Shown: positions 46,105-59,159 of the stretch, one piece after another
Numbering within the stretch: the first letter of the stretch is position 1
Layout: each line of letters starts with the position of its first letter
NCBI RefSeq assembly: GCF_021028975.2
Contig: NC_059436.1
Span: 11,346,001 to 11,410,000 of the forward strand
DNA length: 64,000 nucleotides
DNA from: Sphaerodactylus townsendi
Taxonomy: Eukaryota
Reading direction: 5' to 3'
Translations under genes and position numbers: made by a program
Notes under the pieces: model-generated
What the model was told of the DNA's origin: nothing
What the model saw: the letters and a program-made list of their open reading frames with translations, nothing else
The model's database searches: none

Positions 46105-47199
46105 CAGGGCTAGAGTGTTTGCTCTCCCTTCCCTTCCCCCCAGGTTAGTGTCTTCAAAAATGCCTTTTTGCTTTGAGCTGAATATTGCATGCTACTATTG
46201 AGCATGATCTATTTCCTGGATTGGGACCACCAAATGAATTGTGGGGCCATTCTAGACCTGCCCAGGACAGAGGATTACTAGTCTCCAGCCCCAGTTTCCT
46301 GCTCCTGAGGAACAGGAGAGACAATATTCCCCTCAAGGCGATTCTGTAAGAATTTCCCCTAGACTCTTTGTTAAAGACCATAGAGAGTAGGGGAAGCAGC
46401 CTAGAATATTATCCAGAAGTGACATCACGTCCTGCTCAAACTCTGCTCACCCCAGTCACTTCCGCCACCTCTCAGCATTGTTAAGTTCTGCACAATAACA
46501 ATGGATGGTTTTACTCCTCTGCAGGGAAAATACGTCCTCCCTTTCAACTGGTCATGGATGACACTGCTGAGTCGCACCGCTGGGAGATTGGATCTATCAG
46601 ATGCTGCCAGTGAGGAAAGTTTTGCTTGTGTTAATACACAGACTGGATTGTGGATAACAAAAGGGAATGTCTGATGACACCTCAAGTTGAAGAAGACGTC
46701 AGTGCTTACCTTGCAAGACCAATTTTTTTTTCCTTCAGAAGGGAAGAAGCACAGCCTGAGTTCATCTGCTCCTGGATGCTGAAATGGGGCACTTCTAAAA
46801 TTGCCCTGTGGTAAAATCAGCCCTTGACTTTGAGGCAAAAGACTTTATAGGACTGGCCACCGCTGCTCTTTGTCCCCAGTGGAGGATTTCCCCCTAACTG
46901 ATATTACAACATAATCGTAAGCATATTTACTCAGAAGGAAGTTTCAGTCTGACATGGGAATCATTGAGTATAGTAATGTAGACTTGAGCCTTTGTGGTCT
47001 TGAGGACAGATAAAATGAGGTCTTTAAAAATTCATAGCAGATCATGAGTCATTTCTTTCAGAAAGAAAGGCTTTCATTAAAACCAATTGAAAACAATACA
47101 GCATCCTTCAAGTACATTTATTTATATATGGCCACAGCTGTTCACAAAGCAGCAGCAAACAAACCACTTTACAATAGGGACATAAATATTATCAGATAA

Positions 47200-47590
47200 A
47201 ATTTGCAACAATGTAATCAAGCTTAAAACAGCAAACAACAATCAGGTCAACATATCAACCAATAAAATCTATTTTGGACAATTGGTCTCATGGAAACTAC
47301 ATTGGCCCTTATTTTCTTTGCTGCCAGGGCATACGTTTTCATTCTGTAGGGTACATAATCATCGGAATCTGATAAAAGGAATATTATTTTCTCATTGTTG
47401 GAGTGAAAGTTTAAACCAGAGAGTATTCCAAGAAGAAAATTAGCCCTGGGTTGCACATAAAGCAGGCAATCAAGTTTATAAAGGAGTAAATCCTCCAGGG
47501 CTAGCATACCACAGATACAAAAATGGTAGCCTTTTGGCATTGATTCAAAATGCAAGAACATTAAACCTGAGATTATGATTTGAAATCTTA
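47200..47590 (-). mobile_element. Degenerate LINE 3' end (CCHC region), similar to 39635-40057
   Basis: ORF 47247-47561 contains FCICG..LEDLL..KLDCLLY...R...L..IL...KIIFLL, a decayed knuckle-type C-terminus. Confidence 0.55.
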
Positions 47591-47989
47591 ACTAAATAGG
47601 GAGATTTGAAGTGATTGTTTTTAAATAATTTATACCACAATGCAATCAATTTTAAGATGAATGATATGTCTATCAAGTCATTGCAGTTATATAGAATCAT
47701 AAGAGTTGGAAGGGACCGCAAAGGTCATCAAGTCCAACCCCTACCATTCAGGAACACACAATTAAAGGAACACACAATATACCCTGTCTCTAAATTGAAG
47801 GTTATCTACTGAGGAATCTAGAAGATCAAGGATGGACTGTCCTGAAAATTAATTCACTGTCCTGAAAATTAATTCATTAATAAAGCCAAGTCACACTACC
47901 CCATGGGGGGGAGCTCAAACTGGAAAACAACCAACTTCCAGCTTGCCCAAGCGCACAAACAGCTTCTTCTTTGCATGTACTACTCCAGC

Positions 47990-49010
47990 TTTGCGGTTTG
48001 TAGTTACCGTGGCCCGCGATTGCGACAAATCGCCAAGTCATGCAGATTTCAGCGGGATGAGGGGAGGCTTTTGGCTTCCGACCACCTCCCGGTTTGCAAA
48101 CCTAACTGTGCAAAGGATCCAGCCCCAGGTCCCTTCAGTTGGCAGCCTCGTGAGAATTGAAGAGAGTTCATTTCGTCGGGAGTAGTTACTCATTAACGCA
48201 ACATTTACAGTTGGAGTAACAACTCGTTCGTAACCTTCACATTTCTGCACGGCTCCTGGTGACTGTGGGTGGGACGGATGAGCGGGGCTTCTGGGAAACC
48301 CATATTCCCAAGCACGCATTTGCGCTGGGCAAGACCATGCACACGTTACTGATAGCATACAAGCCAGGCTCACACCTGGTTGCGTGTTCACATCACGTAG
48401 GGCTGCAAGCGGTGGAAAGGTTGAGAGCGCGCAAAGGCGCGGCGGCGCGCGATCCAGAAGGAGCGCCTTTACTCCGCCTCCCGATTGGGAAACAAATCCG
48501 ATGCGCGATCCATTTTCAAAGGGGGAATTGCTTGCAGAAACTGCAGAGGAAACGCGGTTCCTTCCCCTTCTTCCTCTTGACCCGCCCCCCCCCCCCCCCC
48601 CCCCCCCCCCCCTCTGCCGCCCGCTGGCATCGCCCAGAGGGTGCCCAGCCAAGCCACGGTTTGCGCAGCTGCTTCCTACTTCAAACCCAGGAAGAATCAA
48701 GTTTGCCACTGCTCGCTGCCACCCGGAAACCTGATCCAGGTTCCCGCTCGACCGCCGCACACTGGCCGGTAACTTTAATTTTGCTTCCAAAGAAATGCAT
48801 GTAAAAGAAAAATCTGGCTGTTGCATTTGCGTGGCGTGCGGCTGACGTGGCTTTTAAGTCCGATGATTTTCGCAGTTAAAAAATGCAACCTTGTACCCAG
48901 TTGCAAGGGTTGCAAAGGAACTTCGGCAGCAGACCGGAAATGCAGGCGAATTCAGGGTATTCTGGGTGGAACAAGAAAGGTAGTCGCAAATACAGACAGG
49001 TTTTGAGTGG
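47990..49010. promoter_or_regulatory. CpG-rich region, candidate TIRAP promoter / first non-coding exon (may include TE-derived sequence)
   Basis: Marked CpG enrichment upstream of TIRAP, ETS cores (ccggaaa) and a possible donor aag|gtagtc near 48979. Confidence 0.4.
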
Positions 49011-50443
49011 AGCTGCGTCTCAACCCTTCGAGGTCTAGGCTAGTTTAAGGGGTCTTTCTAGCCAGGCCGAGATTGCAATTCCTTTCCATGGTGCAGAGAG
49101 ATCCTAAGACTATATCTCATGAGGATAGCTGACCGAGTTGGCAGCGCAGTTCTTTGCACAGTTTCTCTAGAGTAAGCCTGTTGCTTGCAGCGCCGCAGTC
49201 TCCCGTGACACTATAAATCCGGCTGCCTGTTTAGGAATACTTTCTGCCACTTTTAAAGTGCATTTGTGTGAATCACAACAGTGTGGTAATGGCTGTCGGT
49301 TAAAAAAAGTTTGGAAACAAACTCCTCTGCAAGCAGTGATCGTAAAAAAGCATTTGCTGCATAACATAAAGAAATTAGGAAAGTGTTGTCTTAAAAATAA
49401 AACTGATTTATTTTTCAGCTTCTCTCTTACCAGGGAAGTAAGAGAAAGAAAAGTTTGGAGGGTGTGTGTGTGCGTATTTTCATTTGTCCCAGATTGTCTG
49501 TTCATAAATTCCTGGTTGTTTTTTTTTTTTTTAAGGGGGTGAGGAATCTTGAAGTTTGGCAAAAGTTGTGTGAGGCAGTTATAGGGAGAATTCTTAAATG
49601 CCCTATCTATCCCTGTGTGTTTGTTTAAGTTTTGTCCTTTAACAAAGAGATATTTCCTGGGGATATTCTGCAGGAAAACTTTTTTTGCTACATCTTCAAG
49701 GGGTTTTTTTTTGGGGGGGGGGGGAGACTGCTAAACAAAAAGTTTCAACCTGTTGCATTTCAGTTGGCCGCATACCTTAAGACATAGGAGACCGAACGTA
49801 GACATAGGTACACTAACCACCATTTGTGGGTAAAGTTTGAGTACCATTTTTGCTAGTTTGATTTCTCTAGATTTTTTTTCACATCTGTGATCTTTTCATA
49901 TTTTACAGTTCAAACTTGCATTTACAAATGAATCTGCTTACAAAGAAAATCATTTTAAGTGTGAGGTGAGTCAACTTTGTTTATATGTTTTTAGCATGCA
50001 GTCCTCAGTACTGTTGATCTCAACTGACTTTAACTAGTGTAACTCTGCATGACACTGCTTCATAACTGTGTTCATACCTATGCACCTATGACAAGTTTAT
50101 AATTATGTTGCTATGTATTTGGCTTATAAATCAGCAAAATCAGTTTAGAGCCATTGAACTAAACAGAACCACTACACCATGCTATCTCTCAAGAAGCATT
50201 AGTGCAGAATGTATTAGCCCCTGCCTTGTGAAATGTGAGTTGCCGAAGAGCATGTCATACCAGTTTCCCAAGGTCTCCCTGGCTCCTTGTTATCTTTCAA
50301 GTATCACACAAATAACTGGAGTGTTCTGAATAGCTTGGGCTTCTTAAGGCCTCAGAGACTGTCCTCCTCCCTTATGTCCCCTGAATGAGGAGATTCGCTT
50401 GACAATTCTGTCAAAAGAGAGCTGGGGAAGCTACCCCATATAC

Positions 50444-50979
50444 CAGTGATGGCGAACCTTTTCGAGACCGAGTGCCCAAATCGCAAACCAAAGCCCACTT
50501 ATTTATCGCAAAGTGCCAACACAGCAATTTAACCTGAATACTGAGGTTTCAGTTTCGAAAAAACAGTTGGCTCCAAGGCGTGCGTTACTCGGGAGTAAGC
50601 TTGGTGGTAGCTGTTGGCTTTGCTTTGAAGCAACCATGCAACTCTTCCAATGGGTGAATCATGACCCTAGGAGGGTTTACTCAGAAGCAAGCTCTATTGC
50701 CAGCAACCGAGCTTACTCCTAGGTAAGGGATCGTGCTTTAGTTCTTTGCATGAAAATCAGTGGGGTTTAACAGCGCTTAACAGGGTTACCTACACTGCTT
50801 CCCCAAAACTAGGTCTTAGGTTTAATGCTAATAATCGAGCCCAGCGGCCCAGGCCAGCCTAGATGTGTGTGTGGGGGGGGGGGCAATTCCCCCCCCATGA
50901 TGAACTCTGTTTGCGGGTGCCCACAGAGAGGGCTCTGAGTGCCACCTCTGGCACCCGTGCCATAGGTTCGCCATCACTG
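50444..50979. mobile_element. hAT non-autonomous element with perfect 8-bp TSD
   Basis: CAGTGATGGCGAACCT...AGGTTCGCCATCACTG, with CCATATAC at 50436-50443 and 50980-50987. Confidence 0.9.
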
Positions 50980-52693
50980 CCATATACTCTTCTCATCAAA
51001 GGGTGAGGGAGCAAGCCAGATAACCTAGGAATCAGGGCTGGCGATCCATGAGGTCAGCAGCAGGGTATAGAGGTTGCACCAGCTCAACTTCATCTTCATA
51101 ATACTAAAGGTGTCCCAGTGATATATAAACCTCTAAGTCTGCTGAAAATCAGATTATGGTGAGTCTCTTAACTCAGCTGTTTCAGAAGTGCTAATTGAAA
51201 GCGGAAAAACCTATTCTGGCGGCAGAAAAACTGAACCACCAGTTTTCATCCTGGAAAACCCAACCCCTTCCCCACCATGCCAGTCTGCAGATAATTTCAG
51301 TGTGAGCGGCTTGTTTTCTCTATGTTCATAATAGGCTGAACTCAGCGGCAGGCAGGGGGTTCCGCTATAGGGATGCTTTGCAAGTGCCTGAAAATTGCCT
51401 TTGTTGCAAGGATTCCTTCCTAGACGCAGCTTGAGGAAGGAAGGAAAGAGCTTTCCTTTGGAATCCACCGGCCAACTACCCCCTGTAGATTGGGCCACCT
51501 GAAGGTCCCTATAGTAACCACCAGAACACGCTCTATTTAATCAACATGTGAATGCACTGGAGAAAACACTACCAGCTAATGTTTGGGTGCGGAGGGAAGG
51601 GTCGTGGGTTTTGTTGCCATCTAATTCTTTATCTAAGTTATTGGAACTGTTTTTTTTTTATTGAATTGATTTTATATCTGTGTTGTTTTATCTTGTTGTT
51701 GTACGCCGCCCTGAGCCCTTTGGGGGAGGACAGATTACAAGTGTGATGTAATAAATAATAATAAATAATATAACGTGGAAGATGCTGTTTCCAAAGATTA
51801 GATCTTGGTTTCCAGAATACAAATGACAGCAACGGAAAGGCCCACGACCTTCTTGCAGAGGCTTCGGGCCCCATTTTTGGGTCATGACCTGCAGCTTGTC
51901 TGAACAGCTGGTTACAGTGTTATTCTCAGAATCACTTCTGCAACAGGAAATTTAAAAAATCCCCGAAGGGGTATTAACCCCATGCTTTTGCTAACATTGC
52001 CTGAAAGCCGCACATTACCTGAAGATGCTTTCCCCTATCTTTGTTTAGGGCAGGGCTCTCTGATGTGGTGCCCACAGGCACATCCTGGTGCTCTCCAAGT
52101 GTTTTGAGACAGTGGGTAGGGGCTGGTGGAGCTTTTGCCCCATCAGGCTTCTGATTGGCCACTGGAGATACAATGGGCTGTGCATTATTTTTTTTAAATG
52201 TTGCTTTGGCAGCAGCTGCCACAACAGCACAAGATAAGCTGTAGCACAGCCATGTTGCGACTATCTGTGCCTCCTGCAGCACCCATTTTATGGCATCTGT
52301 TTTGAGGCTATGCCCATGTTTATGGGTCAGAATTCCAAAGGTGCCCTCGGGCTGGAGAATGTTGGGAATTAGTTTAAGGGATAGTTATGGGAGTAGTCTG
52401 TTGGATTTGAAACCAATTATAAGGTTCTTATTTGAGAGCCGCAATTCATGCAATGCCCCACTCTCCCCCAGCGTTGTGTTTGTTTTAGACTAGGCTTTGT
52501 GGACTTATTTTAAGCAAGTCAGTGTGACTGGTTGCTTTTGTCCTCTTTTTCAGTTTGCCCCAGATGCAGCAAGAATTAAGGGCCAACATGTAAGTGAGGG
52601 AACAGAGCAACCTTTCTCAAGCATCTTCCCTGACTCATTACCTTCGAAGGAAGATTGACATGGATGCCTCTTCCCCTGAAACTTAGTCCTGAT

Positions 52694-55600
52694 ATGGCAG
52701 GTGAGCAATCCGGTTCTGTTTTGAATGACTCCTTGGTCTGTGAATTGGGACACACTCAATTGGACTTGGACTCATTCCCATACAAGGATCTAACTATTTG
52801 GAAAATCCCAACAATTAAACCCGGGAAGAAGTATATGTATTGGAAAGACCAGATATCTAACAGTCAAATGTTTCTATCTGTGTTGATTGGCCTGAATGAT
52901 AATTTCCACCTAGATTTTTCTACTTGGTCTTTCTGAAAGTGAAGGCAGTTGTCACTGTCAGACACTGTGGTTCACATGCTCTGGGGCTGTCCCAAAATTG
53001 CGCACTTTTGACCAGTTGCTACATCTAGAATTCATCTTAAATTAACTAGCAAATTGCACCTTACAGCTGATAATCTAATGCTAGGCGCTATACCACCTCC
53101 ATAAGCACTTTGCAAGCATTGCTTGTTAGGGATGCAGAAGGCAATCTTGATTCAAAAGGCAGCCAACTGAGCTTTCTTGCCGTACGGGAAATCTCATATT
53201 CCCCCATCTTTGGCTGATTGGGTCAGTGATATATTAGATCTCTGTACAAGGGAGAGAATCTAGTAACAGATGAGAGAGAAGCTGAAGCTCCAGAGACCTT
53301 CTCCTCCATCTGGCAAGATTACCTGTGTAACTCTTTGAGCAGTGATTCTTTGCTTCCACTCCTGTTCAGCTGGATCCATATTACTGCCTCTCACTCCCTG
53401 CCCATTTTATCTCTCCCCTCATCCCTTTCAATCTCTACTCTCAGCAGCTCTGTTTCTGGTTCGTTTTACTTTCATTTCTTGTTGAGGGACTATGCTTGGG
53501 AAGGGATTGCATGAGATTAGTTTGTGAGTATATTTACTATTCTATGCGGAAAAATAATGGCAAAGGAAAACAATGGCCCTTTATCACAGTTCTTGGAATG
53601 CATGCATGGGTTGTCCCAAACTTGGGGAGTTTTGTTGATTTAGAGCTGCTCTTGTAGGCTGTCTCTCTTGAATGCCATAGCGTTGTTCAAGCGGAAATTG
53701 TAGCAGTAGAATTTTGAAGATTTATTCCCAAAATCCAGGTGCATACACATGTGAATCTTCAGCTATGAAAGCATAGAGATTTATTTCAGCAACTGGGTGT
53801 ACAGAAGTGGTGTAATAATTACCACATACTGGGGACAAGTGAGGCCATTATTTTCACCATGTCCTACTTGGGAACTTCTAGAAGAGTTATGCTGGCTACT
53901 GTTGCAAAGAGTGCACAGATCTCAATGTGATTTAGCAAGATAATTCTTGTATCATTCAGTTATAGTTTCAATGTAACTTGGCAGGTTGGTTCAAGTGGCT
54001 CCCATGGAAGTCAAGGCAAGATTCAAACTCTTCAAGAAGCCCGTTGAACAATACTTCTCCATCTTTACCTCCTCATCGTTTGGAGCGGAACTCGAACTCT
54101 CTACCCAGCAGTTCAGTGAACAGTCCCAAACAGACATCCTGCACCTTTGCCGTAAACATCACCAGTTCAGACAGCGCACGCTGGAACAAACAGTACGATG
54201 CGTGCATCTGCCACAGTGAGGGGGACTTTGAGTTTGTGGAGCAAATGGTCTCTTACTTGGAAAGCCAGCCTGAGCGCTTCCGTTGCTTTCTTCAGTTGCG
54301 GGATGCAGTTGCGGGAGGTGCCATTCCTTCGGAGCTGTGCGAGGCCGTCCAGAACAGCCACTGCTGGGTGCTGCTCATCACCTCCAGCTTCCTCAAGGAT
54401 CCTTGGTGTGTGTACCAAATGCACCAGGCCTTGATGGAGGCACCGATGGCCAACGGGCGCATCATCCCTGTGCTGAAGGACATTGACCGGAAAGACTATC
54501 CAAGGGAGCTTAAGTGCATCTATTACATCAATGTCACAGTGCAGGAGAAAGGCTTCAGGCAGGTCAAAGAGACAGTGATTCGCTGTAAGTAAGCAGTGGA
54601 GGAGAGGCTTAGTCTCCTAAGGCAACCTGTTATTGTTTCCATAGGAGGATTAAATGTCTTGTAGGAAGCAGACAACCCCTCAGGTCTCATAATTGCTAAT
54701 ACAAATTGCTAATAATAACAATAATAATAATAAGCATTTATTGCCATTGTGCATGCACAATGAAAATTACAAGCATTCCCCATGCACACTATTTCACAAT
54801 GCACACTGTTGTGTGTTATGTTCTGTTTTGTCAAGCCTTCACTGCCAGCTTTGCCTTTGAAACAGCAGCAGCTTCATCTCGTGGAGAGTACTTCCATCTT
54901 CACCGTTGGGATAGGAGCTATACTGTCCTTCAGATAAAGACGTTAGTACGGTCAGCTGAGCTGCAGCAGTTGAGAAAATCGTATGCTTCTGCATTAGAAT
55001 ATAGTCCTGAATGAATATGAGAATTATCATTCATCTTTGTGCACTGCCTTTGTCAAAACCTTTATTTTGTGCATTGTTTAACATGGTACTTTGATACAAG
55101 AGCATTTATAGTTCATTGAATGACTATCATCAAACTTTCAAACGAATGGGGGAAGTAGGGCTAGATAGGCACGAGGACCTGGGTGGAGCATTCTATAACA
55201 AAAAGGGTCTGGCGTGTTGAGTTCTGTGGCGGAGGAATATATGATCTATGAACCTGTTTTTGTGAGACAGTATATTAGGGTGGATCCTGATCATGCCCTT
55301 CTACACCACTGAGCAAAGCTTGAAACATTCCTCCACCACAAGTAGGTCTTCCATTGACAGAAGAGCCACTTAAGTAGAAAGAAAGCTCTTTATGCTAAAT
55401 GGTGGAATACATTCTAGTATAATATAGTGGCTATGAAGCTGGATTTGACAGACCTATTCTTATATCCCTGCTTAGCCATAAGGAACTCCCCAAATGACCA
55501 CAAGTTCGTCTCTTTAATGTGGAAACAATGGGTCCACATTATGTAGACCAGGGGCCTCCAACATGGTGCCCCCTGACATCTTTCCTGGTACCTGCCAAGT

Positions 55601-56310
55601 ACTTTTAGAAAGTGGGCGGGGCCAGGTGCAACTTTCCCCAGCAGGGCTTCTGACTGGTAGGGGTTTAAAAACACTGCTTTTGTGGAGGCTGCCTCCACAG
55701 CACAAGGATGTTCACTGTGTGACTGAAAGCAAGCTGCAGCAGCCATTTTGTGGCTGGGTCTGTCTCTGCTACAGCTAAATGAAATGGAGTTATTTTGAAG
55801 TTGAGTTACTGATCAAAATCCTGGTGACTGAGTAGGGCCTTCCTTTTAACTTCCCTTGGGTTGGTGGTTAGTGAAACTGGACTGGAAATGGTTGCCACAG
55901 CAGCAAAACTGGGTTTTGCAATAACTGGTTGTGGAAGGGGATAGGCTTTGCAAAATGTGATTATGCCTTTGATGCATAGATTCCTTCCAGAGGATAGCCA
56001 GGTTGGCCTTCAGTAGAATAACTAGATTCAAATCCAGTAGCACCTTAAAGACGCCACAAAATTTTCAGGGAATAAGCCTTTGGGAATCAAAGCTTTCTTC
56101 ATCACAAATTCCTGTAGCTGACAATTACGTACCCTAACATGCTGGAAAGCAGTGGCTGATAACTAAACACCAGGGCATTGAACTTTCAAGAGAAGATGCA
56201 AGCTTTTGTTTGAGTTTTTCAACACTGTTTGATTCAAAGCTCCTAATCTCTTCTTCATTCTGTTTTCAGATCTACAGGAATTATGTCAAAACGCACATAG
56301 GAGCGTTTAA
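52694..56310 (+). CDS. TIRAP: TIR domain-containing adaptor protein (Mal)
   Basis: Exons 52694-52700 (ATG GCA G|gt; an in-frame upstream ATG exists at 52664), 53985-54584 (GWFKW...YDACICHSEGD...CFLQLRDAVAGGAIPSELC...SHCWVLLIT..FLKDPWC.YQMHQAL...GFRQVKETVIR) and 56270-56310 (YLQELCQNAHRSV*). Phases are consistent and the position between FOXRED1 and DCPS is syntenic. Confidence 0.95.
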
Positions 56311-56402
56311 CTGGAACGTGGAGTAAATGCTGAGGCATTCGACTACTGGGCGGAAGTACTTTTCATACAAGCAAGACTGAAGAAGCCCTGAACTAGTTAG
56401 CT

Positions 56403-56585
56403 AGTCTGATCTTGTCAGATCTCAGAGGCTAAGCAGGGTCAACCCTGGCAAGTGTTTGGTTGGGAGACCTCCAAGAAGTATCGGGATTATGATGTGGAGG
56501 CAGATATGGCAAACCACTTCTGAAGTCTCTTGCCTTGAAAATCTCACCAGGGGCCACCATAAATTAGACATGACTTGACGCCAAA
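56403..56585 (+). mobile_element. 5S rRNA-derived SINE in the TIRAP 3'UTR
   Basis: ctgatcttgtcagatctcagaggctaagcagggtc..ctgg..agtgtttggttgggagacc matches the 5S internal control region, followed by a Sauria-type tail. Confidence 0.8.
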
Positions 56586-58299
56586 GGGAAAAAAAAGACT
56601 GAAGAATGTTTTTCTCACATGGGATATCACAAGCACAGGGTTTCCTTCCCACTGACATGTCTCACCACTCAAGAGCAGATTTTGTGTTCTTTGGCATTCC
56701 CTCATCTGTGGTGATGTTCCTAAATGGCATTTGGTGCCCGCTCTGTTACAGACCACAATATAACAAACAGTGGAAATATTTCTGCTTGGGTTGGGTATTT
56801 CAGGCTTTGGAGGGCTCAACTACATTCTGTGTTTGATGGTAAAAACATTGTGCCTACACCAGATTCTTCTCTATGTGAAGTGGGTGTGTTTTGAACTCCT
56901 TGTGTGAGTTCAGAGAAGACAGTTCCCTTGTTAGCAGAGAGCAAACCAACCAGTTAATGCCGAGAGCCCTCATATATATTAGACATGACCTCATATATTT
57001 AGACATGACCTTAACAAAAATATGTTACAATAAAATAGAGTCGGAATTCAAATTCATCCTTGTGGGCTATTTCTCAGCTCTTCCTCACGTGTTGGTCCAG
57101 TTTATGTTCCCATATTACATGGATCAGTAATGGCAGGGAAGCATGAAATCAGAACCCCAGTTTGTTAATGTGTGGTTTTCAGGAGAGGAGGAGCATTTTG
57201 GCCTCTAACAGCCCAATCCAAAGGGACCGGGGACAAATGGATTTATGGAGGTGGTGTGCAAGCTCATGCCAGCACATTTACCCATCCCACCAGTGTATTT
57301 GGCAAATGCGCAGTGGGGTGGGCAAGCTGGAAGGTGGGCAGGAACCATGGAGCTCAGCAGCACCCAACCTGGAGAGGAGGCTGGCCTTCAGAGCTGTGTT
57401 CGTGTCCAAGAGGGTGTCAGAGTGGCTTGAAGCTTTCCTGGGGGCGGAGCCAATTTTTGTACTGTTCATGAATATGTCTTTCTTTCCAATCTTCTGTGGA
57501 GGCTTGACTACAAATGCCCATCTTGGTCCTACACCCTCCATGTGTTTCTCTTCTCTTTCATAATTTGGATTGACAAGTCTTTATAATAATAATTGTGCTT
57601 CAGTCATGAGAACTGGATTCAGCCATTGAAATTAATCCACGATACTTGAGAAAACTTTGAGGTCTGCTGCCAACTTTGGACGACAGCATAGGTATTTGCA
57701 GGAAAGTATATTGTTTGGACCCCAAGTTTTCCCCTGCTGCTAGAGTTATCGACAACAAGGTGAGGCCTGGAGTTCTCCTGGTACTGTAACTGATCTCCAG
57801 ACTACAAATCATTTCCTCTGGACTCTGGAGCAAATGGTGGCTTTGGAGAGTGGAATCTAAAGTCTCGCATCCTCATGGGATTCTCTCCCCTTCCCAATTT
57901 CTGCCAAGTCTCCAGGAATTTTCCAAGATGGAGTGGGTAACTCTCCTGCAGGTAGTAAGGCAGACTTTTCATCAAAGTCTACATAAGGTGGTGCGTTTTT
58001 AATTTATATCTATTCTAAAGAGAAAAGTGTCCTTTAAAAACTCTCTTTTCTTCAGAACTGAGCACTAACGTAGCTGGAAATTTGCCACTGTTGGCAACAT
58101 TGGTCCAACAAACCTTGCACTTAAAGGAGAGACACCCACCCCCCCCTAGCATTGTCTGTTCCATTTAAATGTTGTATTGATTTTCCCGACGTGTTCCAGC
58201 AAAAATGGGGCACTTCCCCAGCTGTAGTTAAACAGAACACAAATCTAGTGGCGCTCCCATCCTCTCGGGGTGGAAATCACAGCTGTGCGAATGTGCATA

Positions 58300-58438
58300 T
58301 TCAATCGCCAAGTTCGCCTTACTAGCCTCCGGCCAGCAGAGGGCGTAATTCGGAAACTGTGAGACAGTTGGCTCGTGCCGGGGAGACAGTTTGAGGAGGA
58401 CGCATGCGCACATCTTTTTCCTCCTCTTCCACAAAGCT
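58300..58438 (+). promoter_or_regulatory. DCPS CpG promoter with NRF1-like site
   Basis: CpG-rich sequence, with CGCATGCGCA at 58401-58410 just upstream of the ATG. Confidence 0.6.
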
Positions 58439-58612
58439 ATGGCGGAATCCCCTCTTCTGAAGAAGAAACGCGAAGAGAAAGAGGGTGAGAATGGGACGGC
58501 CGAGTCCCAAAAGGAAGGTGCGACCGCCTCTGGCTTCCCTCTGGCAGACCTCTCTGTGCAGAAGGTGCTCAGGGAGTCTGCGCGGGACAAGATCATCTTC
58601 CTACACGGGCAG
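58439..58612 (+). CDS. DCPS: Scavenger decapping enzyme, exon 1 (3'-partial)
   Basis: MAESPLLKKKREE...GFPLADLSVQKVLRESARDKIIFLHGQ|gt matches human LQKVLRESARDKIIFLHGK. Exon 2 was not found in the window. Confidence 0.93.
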
Positions 58613-58998
58613 GTACCAACGGTTTCGTATGAGTATTCTTGGGAGCCGGCACGGACCAATCAGCATCGAAGGGCGGGAATAACCGACCATCACTGTTTAG
58701 CCCCGCCTCCTTAGAAGTCTCATCTGTACGTCACCAGAAGGGCGGTGCGAGAAGAGGGAAAGCCTGCAACCGTGCCCAGTTTTTGTTTTGTAAATCTAAT
58801 ATCTTGCCTTCAAGTAAACATTAAAAAGGTGCAAATGCCAGCCTTTAAGTACTGCAGGTCAGTACTTAAGTCAGAAAGTGGGAGGAGGTGTTGCAAAGAA
58901 GGAACCGTGAAATGCAGGAGCACAATGCACATAGTAGTTAGCTTTGATGCATCGTGGCAGAAATTAGCCTCTGTAGTGAAATAAGTATCCTATGGCCT

Positions 58999-59001
<3 letters not shown>

Positions 59002-59063
<62 letters not shown>
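59002..59063. repeat. (AAT)n microsatellite
   Basis: About 20 AAT units. Confidence 0.95.
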
Positions 59064-59067
<4 letters not shown>

Positions 59068-59159
59068 CAGCCCTGGGTATCTGAATTTGTGAATGAGCTC
59101 ATGTTCCTCAATCTCATGTTCTAACCTTCCCTTGAAGCTTCTCTGAAGACTGCCACTCT

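Noticed and set aside
48038-48826. 262-aa and 181-aa ORFs with poly-Gly/poly-Pro
   Set aside because: A by-product of GC-rich sequence and a long C homopolymer; no domain or exon logic.
56403-56480. Possible 5S rRNA gene
   Set aside because: Diverged, truncated and fused to a SINE body, so it is a SINE head rather than an RNA gene.
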